DNA of 64,000 bases from Phyllobates terribilis (taxonomy: Eukaryota). The stretch spans positions 559,736,001 through 559,800,000 of the forward strand of contig NW_027362771.1 in assembly GCF_046119375.1 (NCBI RefSeq), in the 5' to 3' direction. The stretch's first letter is position 1. The number at the start of each line of letters is the position of its first letter. The notes under the pieces are model-generated. The model was not told the DNA's origin. It searched no databases and saw nothing but the letters and a program-made list of their open reading frames with translations. Shown here piece after piece: positions 1-13,000 of this stretch. The position numbers and the translations under genes are program-made.

Positions 1-455
1 CAGCAATCAGACCCTCTTTAGTTGCATTGTTGGCCAATGTAAAGAATGAATAGGGCTGAACAGCTCTGAAATGGTACAGTGGCCCCACAAATCCATGTAT
101 TCTCGACAGATCTGTGTGCAGCGGTCAGCAGCTCTGTCTCTCCCAGAGAGATTGAACAGATCAGGATGCATGGACGCTGCACTAAGTGATATATTGGGGG
201 TCCTCTGTAGTCTCAAACATCACCCATTATGTGGATGGGTGGTAAATCTGCCGCACCTAGACTATAAGGGTATATTCACATGCAGCGTTTTTTTGCACCA
301 AAAACCAGTGTTGTCAGGAAAAAGGCCACGTGTGAACATACCCTAATACACCTCTAGGGGCGCAGCTCTGGGGATGATGCATGATCGGCTGTGCATCCAG
401 TTCTGGTCTGTGGGGGACTGGAGGTTACAGAGATCAGTGCACATTGTGCATTTAC

Positions 456-589
456 CGGGGGCTCTGGCTCACTTTTCCTATTGCTTCTCTGCAGTGCAAT
501 CTGGCGGATCAGGAAGTTCATTTCGGGGGACCCCCGGACTCCGATTGTGGACCTGCGCCTGTGTTTATGCAACAATCTGGGAGATTTCT
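456..589 (-). CDS. CDCA2: CDCA2 second coding exon
   Basis: ttctttccag|AG AAA TCT...CCC CCG|GTAAAT; 134 nt; phase matches the previous exon. Confidence 0.88.
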
Positions 590-3183
590 CTGGAAAGAAT
601 AAAAAAAGCCATAAAAGAAAAAAAAAAAAAAAAGACTAAACAAAACGTGCAAAGTATAATGGCCGGAGAACTAAAAGTCCAACAGGAACCTGAAGTGGAA
701 TCTGTGAATTCTGCCCAAACCACCCAGGGGTAGAGCTTACGTCACACGTCAGATAATGTGGCATATCCCCATAGGAGGATTATTGCTGCTGCAAGTGGTC
801 GTTCTTTTGATGAAAGGCATTTTATTAAGAGGAATTTGTCACCAGGTTTTCGCTCCCCCATCTGACAGCAACATGATGTAGAGACAGAGACTCCGATTAC
901 AGCGATGTGTCGCTTATTGGGCTGCTGGCTGCAGTTTTGATAGAAATCACTGTTTAGATCTAGCGGTTCTCTGAATGCTGTACTCTGTATAACCCCGCCC
1001 ACATCACTCTGTGCATAGGCAGAAATCTGGCAGTGGCGGGGTTATACAGCGCTTATGAACATGGAGGACTAATGGCAGCAGGTTTAGTAGTCTTCTAGTG
1101 ATAATCTTCTGCTGATAAATCAGGGATTTATATCAAAACTACAGCAAGCAGCCCAGTAAGTGACATCGCTGGAATCAGGGTCTCTACATTATGCTGCTCT
1201 CGGATTAGATGGCAAAATCCTGGTGACAGATCCCCTTAAATTGTGGATAAATGTCCTTGTCTGCTCAGTTCTGTGAATGACATGCTGAAGCAGGATGCAC
1301 CGGAAGCCGAACACGCGCTCCTCAGCCGGGATCCTGGAGGTGCAGCCACCGAGGTGGCGATGGGGGCAAACTGATACTGCAGAAGGGAAGGAGGTGGATT
1401 TACAGGCCTTTATTTCCCCTGTGATGCATTACTTTACAAGCTTTGTAAATCACAGGAAGTCTCCCGGCACATGATGAACCCGCCTGCCCGCCCAGATGGT
1501 TTTCTTCAGTGCAACGATCTGGCTATCCACTTAAAGGGGCTATCCACTTCTTGGACAACCCCTTCTTGAACTAAATGTTTGCCCCTGATGAAATAAAAAA
1601 AGCTTATACTTCCCTCCTGTGCTGGCGCTGTTCCTGCGGTGTCGGCACTCGTGGTCCCGAAACTCTCTGGCTGTTGTGACACGTGAGCTTGGCGCCCAAA
1701 GAGCACTGGTGTCACTGTCTCTTCAGACAAATCGGACATGGAGGGGAAGTCCGGGCTGCGGCTAATCTCTGACTTCCTCTTCATGTTCAATTCGACAAGA
1801 GGCGAGGCCAGTGACGCCAGCACTGATTGGGCGCCGAGCTCACGTGTCACAACAGCCGCACGAGAGTCCCGGGACCATGAGTGCCGACACTGCTGGGACG
1901 ACGACGGCATGGGAGGGGAGTATAAGCTTTTTATTTTATTGGAGATGAGAAGGGGTTGACCAAGTAGTGGACAACTATTCAGATCATCAGTGCCTGTACA
2001 ACTCCTTTAAAAAGATAACTTACTGTCCGCTGGGGGACTGACCATTGGGACCCCAACTGATCCTGAAAACAAGGATTTGCAAAACGCCATCTCGGAAGAG
2101 GTAGAGTATGCGCTCCTCCGCTTCTTTCTCAAGTGAAATTGCTCAGCAATGTACGGGGCTACCCATAGAGAATGAATGAAGCAGGCGTGTGAATGCTTGA
2201 CCTCCGCTTCATTCATTCCCTATGGGGCTGGGCTTGGTATTTATGCCAGCTCCATAGAGAATGAATGGGGCAGTGGTAGGGGATCTGAGCTGCCACTTAC
2301 ATTTTGCAATGGGGATAAAAATTCCCTGTTCTGCTGATCGGTGTCTCCCCTGGTGGTCAGACCCCCCCAACGATCAGTAAGTTATCACTAACGTGGATAG
2401 CTGATAACTTGTTTCCACCCTTTCATGAAAAATAAGCCAGAAAGGCCTTTTATTCACAACTTCGGGGGGCACCTCACAGATTGAGAAGCCTCCAAAAGTA
2501 AGACCCTCTTGGCAGCAGATAGAAACCAGATAGCTTAGAAGAGAAGCGACCCCCATTGTGGTTTTCAGAAAGGAAGACCCCAATCTCTAGCATGTGCCGA
2601 AACCCCCACTAATGGCAGGTCGAAGCCAGCGATAATGTGCCATTCTCAACACTGGTCCTGTACCAAGACCACCCTGACAAGGTATAAGGAGACGGGTGGC
2701 CACACATGTACGGCCCTGTGCACACTTGGAATAAGCAGAACTGTTACCTGCACTCTTGGTGGTGAAGCTTTCACTACAGATCCCCAGGTCCTCCACAGAC
2801 AGTGTAGAGAAGTCGATCGGGGGGTTACATGGCGGCGGATCGTCAGCTGAGGCCTCAGTGTTCCTCTTAGGACTGGACACGGCCCCAGCTCCCGATGAAG
2901 AATGGCCGGAGCTCGATGGGCCAGGATCATCACAGACATCGCCGCCTTCAAAAACAGTCACCTGGCTTGTCTTCTCCTTATAAACATCCTCCAGCTGGGT
3001 GGGGGTGATGTTCTCCTTGGCCTCGTCATTGCTGATGTATCTGGAGTGCGGCCGCTCGGTGGAGAAGGAGGTCGGCTTGTTGTGCGGGGTCGCTGCCTCG
3101 TCTTCCGATACGATCTCATAGGACTGCTGCTCAGTCTGCGGCACCAGGATGGGGATCTCTTGTAGGACGTTTCTTCTGGCCAT
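456..3183 (-). CDS. CDCA2: Cell division cycle-associated 2 (Repo-Man), 5' partial; coding exons 3183-2748 and 589-456; the rest lies left of the window
   Basis: Spliced translation gives ...PIDFSTLSVEDLGICSESFTTKSA|EKSPRLLHKHRRRSTIGVRGSPEMNFLIRQIA, matching the recalled human CDCA2 N-terminal motif PLNFSTVTVEQLGITPESFVRNSAGKSSSYLKKCRRRSAVGARGSPETNHLIRFIA. It is head-to-head with KCTD9, as in mammals. Confidence 0.88.
829..1235. mobile_element. TTAA-flanked foldback MITE (Kolobok/T2-like) in a CDCA2 intron
   Basis: TTAA|GAGGAATTTGTCACCAGGTTTT ... AAAATCCTGGTGACAGATCCCC|TTAA; a related truncated copy lies at about 63130-63450. Confidence 0.7.
2748..3183 (-). CDS. CDCA2: CDCA2 first coding exon (MARRNVLQEIP...SESFTTKSA)
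   Basis: Acceptor ttgttccag with exon start at 3194; ATG at 3183; donor G|GTAACA after 2748; phase 1. Confidence 0.82.
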
Positions 3184-4216
3184 CACCTTCTCATCTGGAA
3201 CAAAACCCAGAAGGATGAGGCTATGGATACTCACATAGATCTCGCCTGTACACATATAGGCAGACACCATATGGATCCACCAGCCCACAACTACGGGGCC
3301 ACATAATGCAGCCTAGTCTGGAGCTGGGGGGTCTTCATCCTTGTATTACTATGAAGCTCCCAGGCACGGGCTTCATAGAAAATCATCCAGAGTCAGAAAA
3401 TCTGTGTCCCTCAGCTGCAGTGTTTTAAAAAAAATAATAATTCCCTTTACTTACCCTCCCCAGGTCCAGCGTCCAGTCTCTGCCGCTTCTGGTGTGTCTG
3501 CAGCCAATAACTGAGCTCAAGTAAATGACTCTAGCGGCTGAGCTCAATGATAGGACATGTCAACAGCGCTGCAGACAGTAACAGACACCAGAAACAGCAG
3601 CAGAGACTCAGAGCCGGACCCGGGGAGGGTGGGTAAATAACAGATTCTATTTTCCTTAACCATAGCAGGGGGAAAGGAGTTTTCTGAAACCGGAAAACCA
3701 CTTTAATTTCTCTAGATCCTGCAGTATACAGCGAACGCTGTCACAAAAAAAAAAAGCTTCAATCATCCCTCTCATCAAGCTACAAAAAAAAAAAAAAATC
3801 TGCAAAAGTCATCATCTAAAAAGCTAAAAGAAAAAAAAAAGTTATGAATCTCAAGTGACAAAATTTATTTATTTTTTTTTTTTTTAAACACAAAATATAT
3901 ATCTTTGAATTTTTCTTAAACCACCAAAACATGAGAAAAAGAAAAACACAAACACTCTACAAGTTGGCGCCCTCGCAGTCACCCTGGCCTGCCGATTCGT
4001 GTCGCCGGGACATTTTTTTTTTTACTCCACAATGAATATTTTAAACCCCAAAACCAACAGATGAATGGCTTTTTTTTTCCCACCATTTCCCTGCAGTAGG
4101 AAGGTGTTTTTTTTGCCGATTTTCAGAACATTATATGGTAATATGAACATTGCCGTGCAAAAACCTGATCCCTTAGACAGCTACACAGATGGAAAAGTAA
4201 AAGAAATGATGGCTCT

Positions 4217-4463
4217 NNNNNNNNNNNNNNNNNNNNNNNNNNNNNNNNNNNNNNNNNNNNNNNNNNNNNNNNNNNNNNNNNNNNNNNNNNNNNNNNNNNN
4301 NNNNNNNNNNNNNNNNNNNNNNNNNNNNNNNNNNNNNNNNNNNNNNNNNNNNNNNNNNNNNNNNNNNNNNNNNNNNNNNNNNNNNNNNNNNNNNNNNNNN
4401 NNNNNNNNNNNNNNNNNNNNNNNNNNNNNNNNNNNNNNNNNNNNNNNNNNNNNNNNNNNNNNN
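4217..4463. other. Assembly gap (N run); further gaps at 12336-12552 and 54446-54581
   Basis: N characters. Confidence 1.
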
Positions 4464-4630
4464 GTACACATAGTTACTATCCTGTATACTGGCTGCAGAC
4501 ATATATCCACAGACCATATACTCAATACTCCCCTCCCAGAGGTCCAGCACTCGGGTACCGACCATAATACATACATAGACATGCGAATACTTACACACAC
4601 CCGCACGGCACAGACACCGCTGCCTTCTGA

Positions 4631-5300
4631 TTCAAATTCAAATCAACCGCTCCGCAACTCGATTCCTCCGCTCAAGCTAAATAGTCCCACATACAACCGT
4701 ATAACCAAAACCCCTGACAAGACCCCATTCACCTCCAGAGAAGACCATCGACCACACTAGACGTGTTTTACTCACATATGTACGTCATACACGAAATCAA
4801 ACATGAATCGTACTAAAAGACTGCGGATGGATACGCGAAAGTTAACGGTTTCAACAGTGACGAACAGCGCAAGCGTGTGAAAAAAAGACGCATGCGCGTC
4901 GTGCTTTACTGACACACGAGACGCCATCTTTCATTTTGGCATCGGTTTTCCAAGAGGTGTACATATGGCTGATTTTACAGCTCCACTCCCATCAAGAGAC
5001 TCTATCATTGACAAAAGTGACGTTGTTTATAGAAGAAAGACGCCACGTTTTCTTAAAGTAATAATGTAACTTTTGGCGCCCACAACAAATATGGCGGTTA
5101 TGCGATTTCTGAGCCACCGAGAGCGGAAGTTAGTGAAAAAAAATAAAGGACCGGTAGGTGGCTCTCAATGAAAAGTTACTGGCGACACCTGCGATTGGTT
5201 GTTACATAACCCCGCCCAGGTCGCTTTTGATTGGTTTCTTTGGTGCTCTCAGAAAGACGGTGATTGGCTGGCGCGGCGTGCTGTCACGTTGTTCTCCTTC
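4631..5300. promoter_or_regulatory. Shared CDCA2/KCTD9 bidirectional promoter region
   Basis: CpG-rich. Three ATTGG (CCAAT on -) at 5194, 5230, 5263; TTTGGCGC E2F-like site near 5072; GCGG-N4-TTTGAA CDE/CHR-like module on - at 4637-4650. Confidence 0.6.
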
Positions 5301-5353
5301 AGTCTTCCGGGTTAGCTGGGGAGCTGGCCGGAGTCGGGAGGGAGACCCCGAGC

Positions 5354-5401
5354 ATGAAGAGGGTCACCCTGTTCGTGAGGGGGAATGGCCGGCACGGGAA
5401 G
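5354..5401 (+). CDS. KCTD9: KCTD9 exon 1
   Basis: ATG AAG AGG GTC...GGG AAG|GTGAGC. Confidence 0.93.
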
Positions 5402-7016
5402 GTGAGCGGGGGCTGCGGTAATACGGACGTGCTGGGGGGCGGGAGTGACCGGGAGGAGAATAGGGGGCACTTAAAGGGCATGTCCATTCTCCTCCCTAGA
5501 GACCCCACAGGACGCTGAGGGCAGGTTAATGCCCCTGACACTATAACTCCGCCCTCCTGACTCCTTCTTCCATCTTCCCTTCTGGTCTCTGCTGTTTCTC
5601 TTATTTCGCCTTTTGTTGTCACTTTTTCCACATCTGTAACTTTATATTTTACATTTTGCTATTTATTATGATTTATTGACGCCTTTTCGGGGTCAAAACA
5701 ACGAAGCCGGAAGCTTCTGAAGGAGAAAAAGAATACTTTTTTTTCCCCCATTTTGAAGGAGACAATGAAGGAAAAAAGTATTTTTTTCCCTTTTTATTAT
5801 TATTTTTTTTTCCATTATCCACTTTATTTTTTGTTTTGTGGAACCGAAACGATGCGACTGCGATTAGGAAAAAGTTATATAGTTTAATATTCCTGTAAAT
5901 TAGTTATTTACAAAAAAAATATGAACTTTTTTTTCTTTCTTGGAAGGTAGACCTTTTTTTTTTTTAAATTCTTGTATTGGAGTGTGATTTTTTATTTTTT
6001 TTGCAGCATAAATTTTTTTTTTTTTTTTATTAATACAAAGTTTACTCCGTAGATTTATTTATTTATTTTTTTTAGCCTTCAATTTTATCCCCTTTATTTT
6101 GGGGCAGGCAACAATAATTGTAATATATATATATATATATATATATATTCCCTCAATGTGCTTTTGGTGAGTTTCTTCTCCTATTATGTAAATTAGGTTT
6201 TTTTTATTGCATTTTTATCACGTTTTTGCCGCTGCGTTTTTTGTCTCTTTTTGGTGCTTTAAATAAAGCTTCTGTGTTTTTGATCCTTCCCGTTATTCTC
6301 TTTATTGATACCGTCATGTGCTGATTACTTTTTTTTTTCCCTGCTGATTTTCCACATCTGATGCGAGTCTATGGGGTCACCCGCTCTCGCCTCGGCCTCG
6401 TTTTCTCTGTTGCCCCCTTTTCCCCCCACAGCAGCGGCTCTGTTATTCCTCCCGCTTCCTCCCTGCTGCAGGTGGTCGCCTTTCACGGATCTACAATCTG
6501 CGACGTCCTCTCTCTCGCTAGCTCCAAATTAGGCATCCGCGCCACGGGGGTCTACAACGATAAAGGAGGAGTGATCGACGACGTCGCCCTCATCAGGTAA
6601 TGCGGGGTCCGATTTCCATATCACATTGGCTATTATTAAGCACTTTCTTAAGGGGTCTTCAGATGTATTCACTACATTTGATGGTGAGGCTCCTAGTGTA
6701 TGAACGATGGTGCTGCAGTACCGGGCACCGCCACACCTTGATGGGGGTTGCTGTGCCTGAGTATAAAAAACAAAGGGGGCTGCAGTGCTTTTTCTTGCTG
6801 ATTGAGGCTCTCCAAGGATTGTACCCCAGGGATCATACACTGAAAATCCTGGCACCTCCAGTCTGGCGTACTCAAGCCTGTGATCGATTCGATTGAGGGT
6901 GATCGCTCCGCGATCACAGGAGATTCCTCCTTTCGATCAGGATTTCCGTGCTGATGCTTTATCCTAATTTATAATAAGGAAATGAAACGGCAATTACCTA
7001 AAAATATTAAAAAGTG

Positions 7017-7081
<65 letters not shown>

Positions 7082-10000
7082 AAGAAAAATAATAAAAATA
7101 GGTTATGAAAAAGTAGACGGCTACCAAACAGAGGTGGGGTCTCTCCCGGTGCCTAGATCCCCATACAATGTCTGGATGCAGGAGACACAATCCCGCCTCT
7201 CCTAAATAAGACCGGACCCTGGAAAGTGTCCTTACTGAGGAAGTAAAAAGGTGGAGGAGCAGGGGGGGGGGCGCAGGACCGGACAGACTTGTTTCTGCTG
7301 CTATAACAAGCAATTAAAGGGGTTTTCCCATCGGACCTGTGTGACATCTGTGTCGGCTGATTTCTTAAAGGGGTATTCCCCTCTTTGTAATGTTAGGATA
7401 TGTGAAACGCGGCCATTTTTTTTTTCCCTCCCGCTTCTTCCATGAACTATAACTTTTTTTTTTTTATCCCTCCATCATTACGCCCAAGACGGGGGCTTGT
7501 TTTTTTTTCTTGTTGCAGGATGCGTTCTAGGTTTGAACAACACCGTTCATTTTACCGGTTAATGTACTGAAAAATGAGAAAAGCTTCCCGAGCGAGGTGA
7601 AAATAAAAATAGCAATCTTCTTTTCCGATGTTCTCTTGATAAAAAAACGACCTGGTAACTTTGTTCTGGGGGTCGGCGTGCTGATGGCCAGACCAAGTTA
7701 TATAGTTTGTTTCACTACTTTAAAAAAAAATCTGCTTCAGTCGCCACGTTCTGAGAGACGTAACCTCTTTTTTTTTTCTTTTTTTTTCTCGATAGTTTTA
7801 TCAGGACTTGTTGATTTTATTGGTGACGTTTTGGGGGCTGAACAACTTTCTCAGATGCTTTTACTGCATTATTTTGGGGGGGGGGGGGGGTGACGAGCAA
7901 AGAGGAAAAAAAAAATCCGCTTTTGCATTTATTAGTCCCCCTAGGGGACTTGAGTTTTTTTTTTACTTATCCACCTATACTTTATACTGTAATATTGTAT
8001 AATTACCAGTTTCCTATGTAGCCACAGACTGAGCTTCATAGGATACTAACAGGGCAGATATGGGGGTCATCAGTAGGTCCCTGGCTGCCGTGATCTCCCC
8101 ACCCCCCCATTCCTGATCCCAGAGATCAGGCCACCAGCTCACATCGACTGGTGGCACATTCTAGCGCCATCTATCTTTCATGGATGCCCGTTTGGATAGA
8201 GGTGACTGATCCTCCTGGTGTATCAGGGATTGGGGGCTCCAGTAGTGTTTCTTCGCCTACTCCCCGAACTATATATGCCAGACATGTCTGGCGTATCCGC
8301 TGTCTGTGTCTGTCCTGGGCCGTCTTCCGTTTCATTTTTCGCTTTTTTTCTCTTTTCTAGAGATGACGACGTCTTGTTTGTGAGCGATGGGGAATCTTGC
8401 GTAGGTGAGTGACCCTCGAATAGTAGAAGCCGTGAGGGAAGAGGAGAGCAGGTGTCACCCGTGACCGATCCGCAGCAATAGGACGTCGTCATCAAAGTGG
8501 TTGGGATTCAATATGGTCGCCTGATCTGGTGACGTGAAGGTCATCAGGGGTCTTGGAGGTTTTAGGAATATCAACACTTGATCCTTCTCTTCCCAGATGA
8601 CCAGAATGAGCCGATGATCACGGAGCCATTGACCGGGGGTCAGACGGACTGGCTGACGCTGAATGTCGGGGGAAGATATTTCACCACTACACGGTGCGGG
8701 TCTGGCGTGGTTGAGGGAGCCGGGGATACTCGGACCTCCACAGGATTTCTCTGACTTACTCCACATTTTTTTTTCACTCCAGGTCCACCCTTGTGAGTAA
8801 GGAGCCGGACAGCATGCTATCCCATATGTTCAGTGACAGAGGTAGGTGGTGGATGTAGAAAGGGCTGGAGCGATCCTTAACCCCTTTCTGAAATGATACA
8901 GTGTGTGCATGGAGCGAGCTGAGGAGCTGAGCTCTCTCCATACGCTGCAGGAGGTGGCTGTGCCAATTGTGACCATGGACCCCACGCAGCGAGATCGCAG
9001 GGAGCCGATAGGTTGATCCTGTGAATAGCAGCCTGTGGTTGGGCTTCATAGGAGATCAGTGATTTTACTCTACCCAGCGGTATATAGTCCCTAGAGGGAC
9101 GAAAAAATAAAGTAAAAAAAAATGAATTTGAAAAAAATGTTTTTAAAAATATGAAAGTTCAAATCGCCCTCATTTTCCCAATTCATAAATGATCATATTT
9201 GGGTTTGTCGTGTCCATAACGGTTCAATCCATCAATTTATAGAATTCACCCGTAGTATATAGCAAAAAAAATAAATCAAAACCCCAGAATTGCAAAGTTC
9301 TGACTTTTTTTTATTTAATTTTCCCCACTAAAATATATAAAAAAAAATAAATCCGGCTTTGGTATTGTAGTGGTACTGACCTTGACCATCATGTTACCGG
9401 GTCATTTTTGCTACACAATGAACACAGTAAAAATGAAGCCCAAGTAACAACAGCGGGATTGTGTTTGTCTTTATTTTCTGCATTTCATCTCCTCTAATTT
9501 TTTTCCCATTTATCTGTACATTATATGGTATAGTGAATGGAGTCATTCAAAACTCCCAAGTTTGTAGATGGGGGGGAAAAATAAAGTTATGGTTTTTGCA
9601 GAAAGGGGAGGGAAAAAATGACAGATTACCTCTCCGGAAAGGAATTAAAAGCTGTATAACTCCATTAGTTGCTCCATGCTCTTGGTGCTGGTATCGTCAC
9701 AGATGATAGAGCTTGTGAAACCAAGCACTTTTGCAATTTACTGCGTATTAAAATTTCCAGCCGTTCTTGAGATATTAACTTTTTTTTTTCTTTTGTGTAC
9801 AGCTGGTTGCCTAGGAGACCGACCACCGCTGCAGTCTAGCTTCTTGTAGTCAGTAAACTAAAGGTGGCCAGGATTCGGAGGTAACAGCATAGCTCCGGAG
9901 AATCCTGCTCGGCTTCAAAACAGAATAGAAAATATCTTGTAAGCGCTGTGCATGTTCCGTTGTCTAGCAGCGGTGGCCGGTCTCCAAGGCAATAAAAAGT

Positions 10001-13000
10001 AAACAAAAGAAAAGTGTGAATATCTCAAGAATGGATGAAAATGTTAATAAGGAGTAAGCTGCAAAAATGCTTGTATTTACTAGCTCTATCCGACAATATC
10101 CATTTTATGAAGATGGGAGTGATCCCTTTAAGGGATTGTTCTATCAATACTCGTGCTTAGGGACATGTTCTACGGGGCTCGGCTGTTCAGGTCACCCTTT
10201 TTCAGCCACAGTGGAGAGTCATCAGTGGATGCTAATAATCTCAGTACATCATCTATGTATTTTCTGTATTTCTCAGATGCTTGGGGGAACAAGAGGGACC
10301 ACCGAGGAGCCTTCCTCATAGACCGCAGCCCCGAATACTTTGAGCCAATCCTCAACTACCTACGTCACGGACAACTTATCGTCAATGATGGAGTCAATCT
10401 GCTGGGTGAGCACTTGGGGGCCGGGGTCTGTTAGTCTTAGGTGGGAGTCTGTAGGCGGGGGATGGGAGAGTAACACCTCCGTCACATTGCAGGGGTCTTG
10501 GAGGAAGCCAAGTTCTTTGGCATCGATTCCCTGATCGAGCATCTGGAGTTGGCGATAAAGGTGAGTGCAGGTGTATCGGATGAGATCTCATCACAAGTAT
10601 TTAGAGGGGGTGTCCAGGACTTAGAAAAAAAGCTTGTGCTGCAATACCAGACATAACCTGTGTACAAGAGTAAAAAAAAAAAAAGACCCCATCTCTTTCC
10701 TTTTTCATTTTTTTTTTTTTTCTAGATTTTTAATGAACTGTAAATGTAGGAATAATCCTTAGCAATTTCTCATTTTTATGCTTTTGTTTTTTTTCCTCAC
10801 ATTCTTACAAAAGCCATTCCCTTTTTTCTTTTTTATTAACATAGCCATATGAGGGCTCGGGTATTGCTGGACGAGCTCAAGTTATAAATGACACCATTTT
10901 AACAATATCATTTACTGATGAAAAAGAATCCAAATGAGATCAATACCTCCATTGTATTCCGGGTTTTATTTTTACGGTGTCAACTGAATGGTAATAATGA
11001 CCTGGATGGGTAATCTTTGTGATCGGGACGATTACGCTGATACCGAATCTGTATGGGTTCTTTTTTATTATTATTTTAATGGGTTAAAAGGTTTCAAAAC
11101 TTTTGGGAGAGCAGTAACTTATTTTTTTTAATCTTGTTGTTTGAGCTGTGTGAGGACTCGTCTCTTGCATGGCAATTTGGCATTTGTATTTATACTATTT
11201 TGTAATTTGGATCGCCTTTCATCTTCATATTATTTATTTATTTTTTATTTTTTTTTACAAAAAAAAAATTAAAGAAAAACAGCAAATCTGGAGAGTGCTT
11301 TTTTTTTTTTTTCCTTTTTTCTTTTCCACTCCGTACGATGTTTACTGTATGAATTAATTTATTCTATATTTTTATAGCTCTGACGTTTTACTATATACTG
11401 CGAATTATAGTATATTGTAGAAATGAAAGTCTGCTATTATTGGGCCTCGTTGGCGCACAAAGATGGCGGTGATGGTGGCCTTCACTAAGCCATTGGCTGC
11501 TAAAACAACCCATTTAAATCCCGCTGTCTTGATGCCAGAAGGGGCAAATAGTCGGTGGCCCATTCTCATCGCTCTAGCTGACACCCCGTGTGGCTCGCGC
11601 TCAAATGCTGTGGCTGCCCATGCACTTGACGTGTGGCAAACAAGTTCTTCACATGCCAGCTGGGGTTTTAAGAGGGTATTCTCATCTCCAAGATCCGATC
11701 CCAACATGTAGTAGGTGTAATAATATTAGTAAATACTTCCAATTAGAAATGTAATATAGTTCTTCTGATTTGCTATGTCACTTACCCCATGTGCAGGACA
11801 TTGCAGTAGCTTAGGTATCCATGGTTACAACCACTGATATAGTGACAGCTGTTTAGCTAGTTGCTAGTGGTTGTAACCATGGATATCTGAGCTACTGCAA
11901 TGTCTGCACATGGGGTAAGTGCCATAGCAAATCAGAAAACTATACTACATTTCTAATTGGAAGTATTTACTAATATTATTATTGCACCTACTATATATGG
12001 GATGGGATCTTGTAGATGGGAATACCCCTTTAAGCTATTTAAAAGTTACCATTGGTGCACCAATAAACGAGTGAAGCAGGGATTGAAAAGAACATGACTG
12101 CAAGATCTGACAACACACAGGATTTGTTTGTAGTCTGTAACCATGGAGACACATAGGTCTGCATAGGAGCTGCAAACATATTTACACTTCTAATCTCCTC
12201 TTCTTTTTTTTTTTTTCCCATTTAATGTAGAATTCACAGCCGGCCGAGGATCATTCTCCCATTTCCAGGAAAGAATTTATTCGCTTTCTTCTTGCTACAC
12301 CGACCAAATCCGAGCTTCGCTGTCAGGTGGGAAAANNNNNNNNNNNNNNNNNNNNNNNNNNNNNNNNNNNNNNNNNNNNNNNNNNNNNNNNNNNNNNNNN
12401 NNNNNNNNNNNNNNNNNNNNNNNNNNNNNNNNNNNNNNNNNNNNNNNNNNNNNNNNNNNNNNNNNNNNNNNNNNNNNNNNNNNNNNNNNNNNNNNNNNNN
12501 NNNNNNNNNNNNNNNNNNNNNNNNNNNNNNNNNNNNNNNNNNNNNNNNNNNNTTCTGGATGAGGAAAGGGGGAGAATTGCTGGGAACCCCACCGATTGTG
12601 AGAACAGGGGTCCCGCGGCTCCATCACTGCCTGTAGACGTGCCGATCACACCTGCTCATTACTGATCCCACAGGAGTGAATGAAGCAGAGGTCACATATT
12701 GGGGACTTTGTGACCCCCGTTCTCAGGATCAGTGGGCGTTTGATTTGTAAGATAACCCAGTCATCTCTCGTATAAAGGGATTATCTATGGCAGTAAACAT
12801 CACTCCAGTGGTCTCACAGCGCCCCCCCGATGGATTGCTATGGCCCCTGGAGGCCGACCAAACACCTTTTGGGTCTTTGGAGGTTCAATCTACTGTAGAA
12901 CTATTTTATACAGTGGCTTGCGAAAGTATTCACCTGATTAGCATTTTTTTGTATTTTGCTACCTCACAACGTGAAATTTTCCTTTTTTTTTTTTTTTGAG

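Noticed and set aside
2007-2216. ORF containing RKKRRS as an extra CDCA2 exon
   Set aside because: The exons at 2748-3183 and 456-589 already join in frame across the conserved motif, and the region overlaps common dispersed-repeat sequence.
2587-3288. 233-aa ORF as a single-exon gene starting at 3288
   Set aside because: A strong acceptor at 3195 and donor at 2747 delimit the CDCA2 exon; the flanking codons are intronic.
4065-4760. ORFs running through N gaps (also 12292-12665 and 54394-54614)
   Set aside because: They are artefacts of undetermined bases.
6427-6471. Upstream CACAG/CAG acceptors for KCTD9 exon 2
   Set aside because: They would add 40 or 37 nt and shift the frame; the 6471 acceptor gives the conserved protein.
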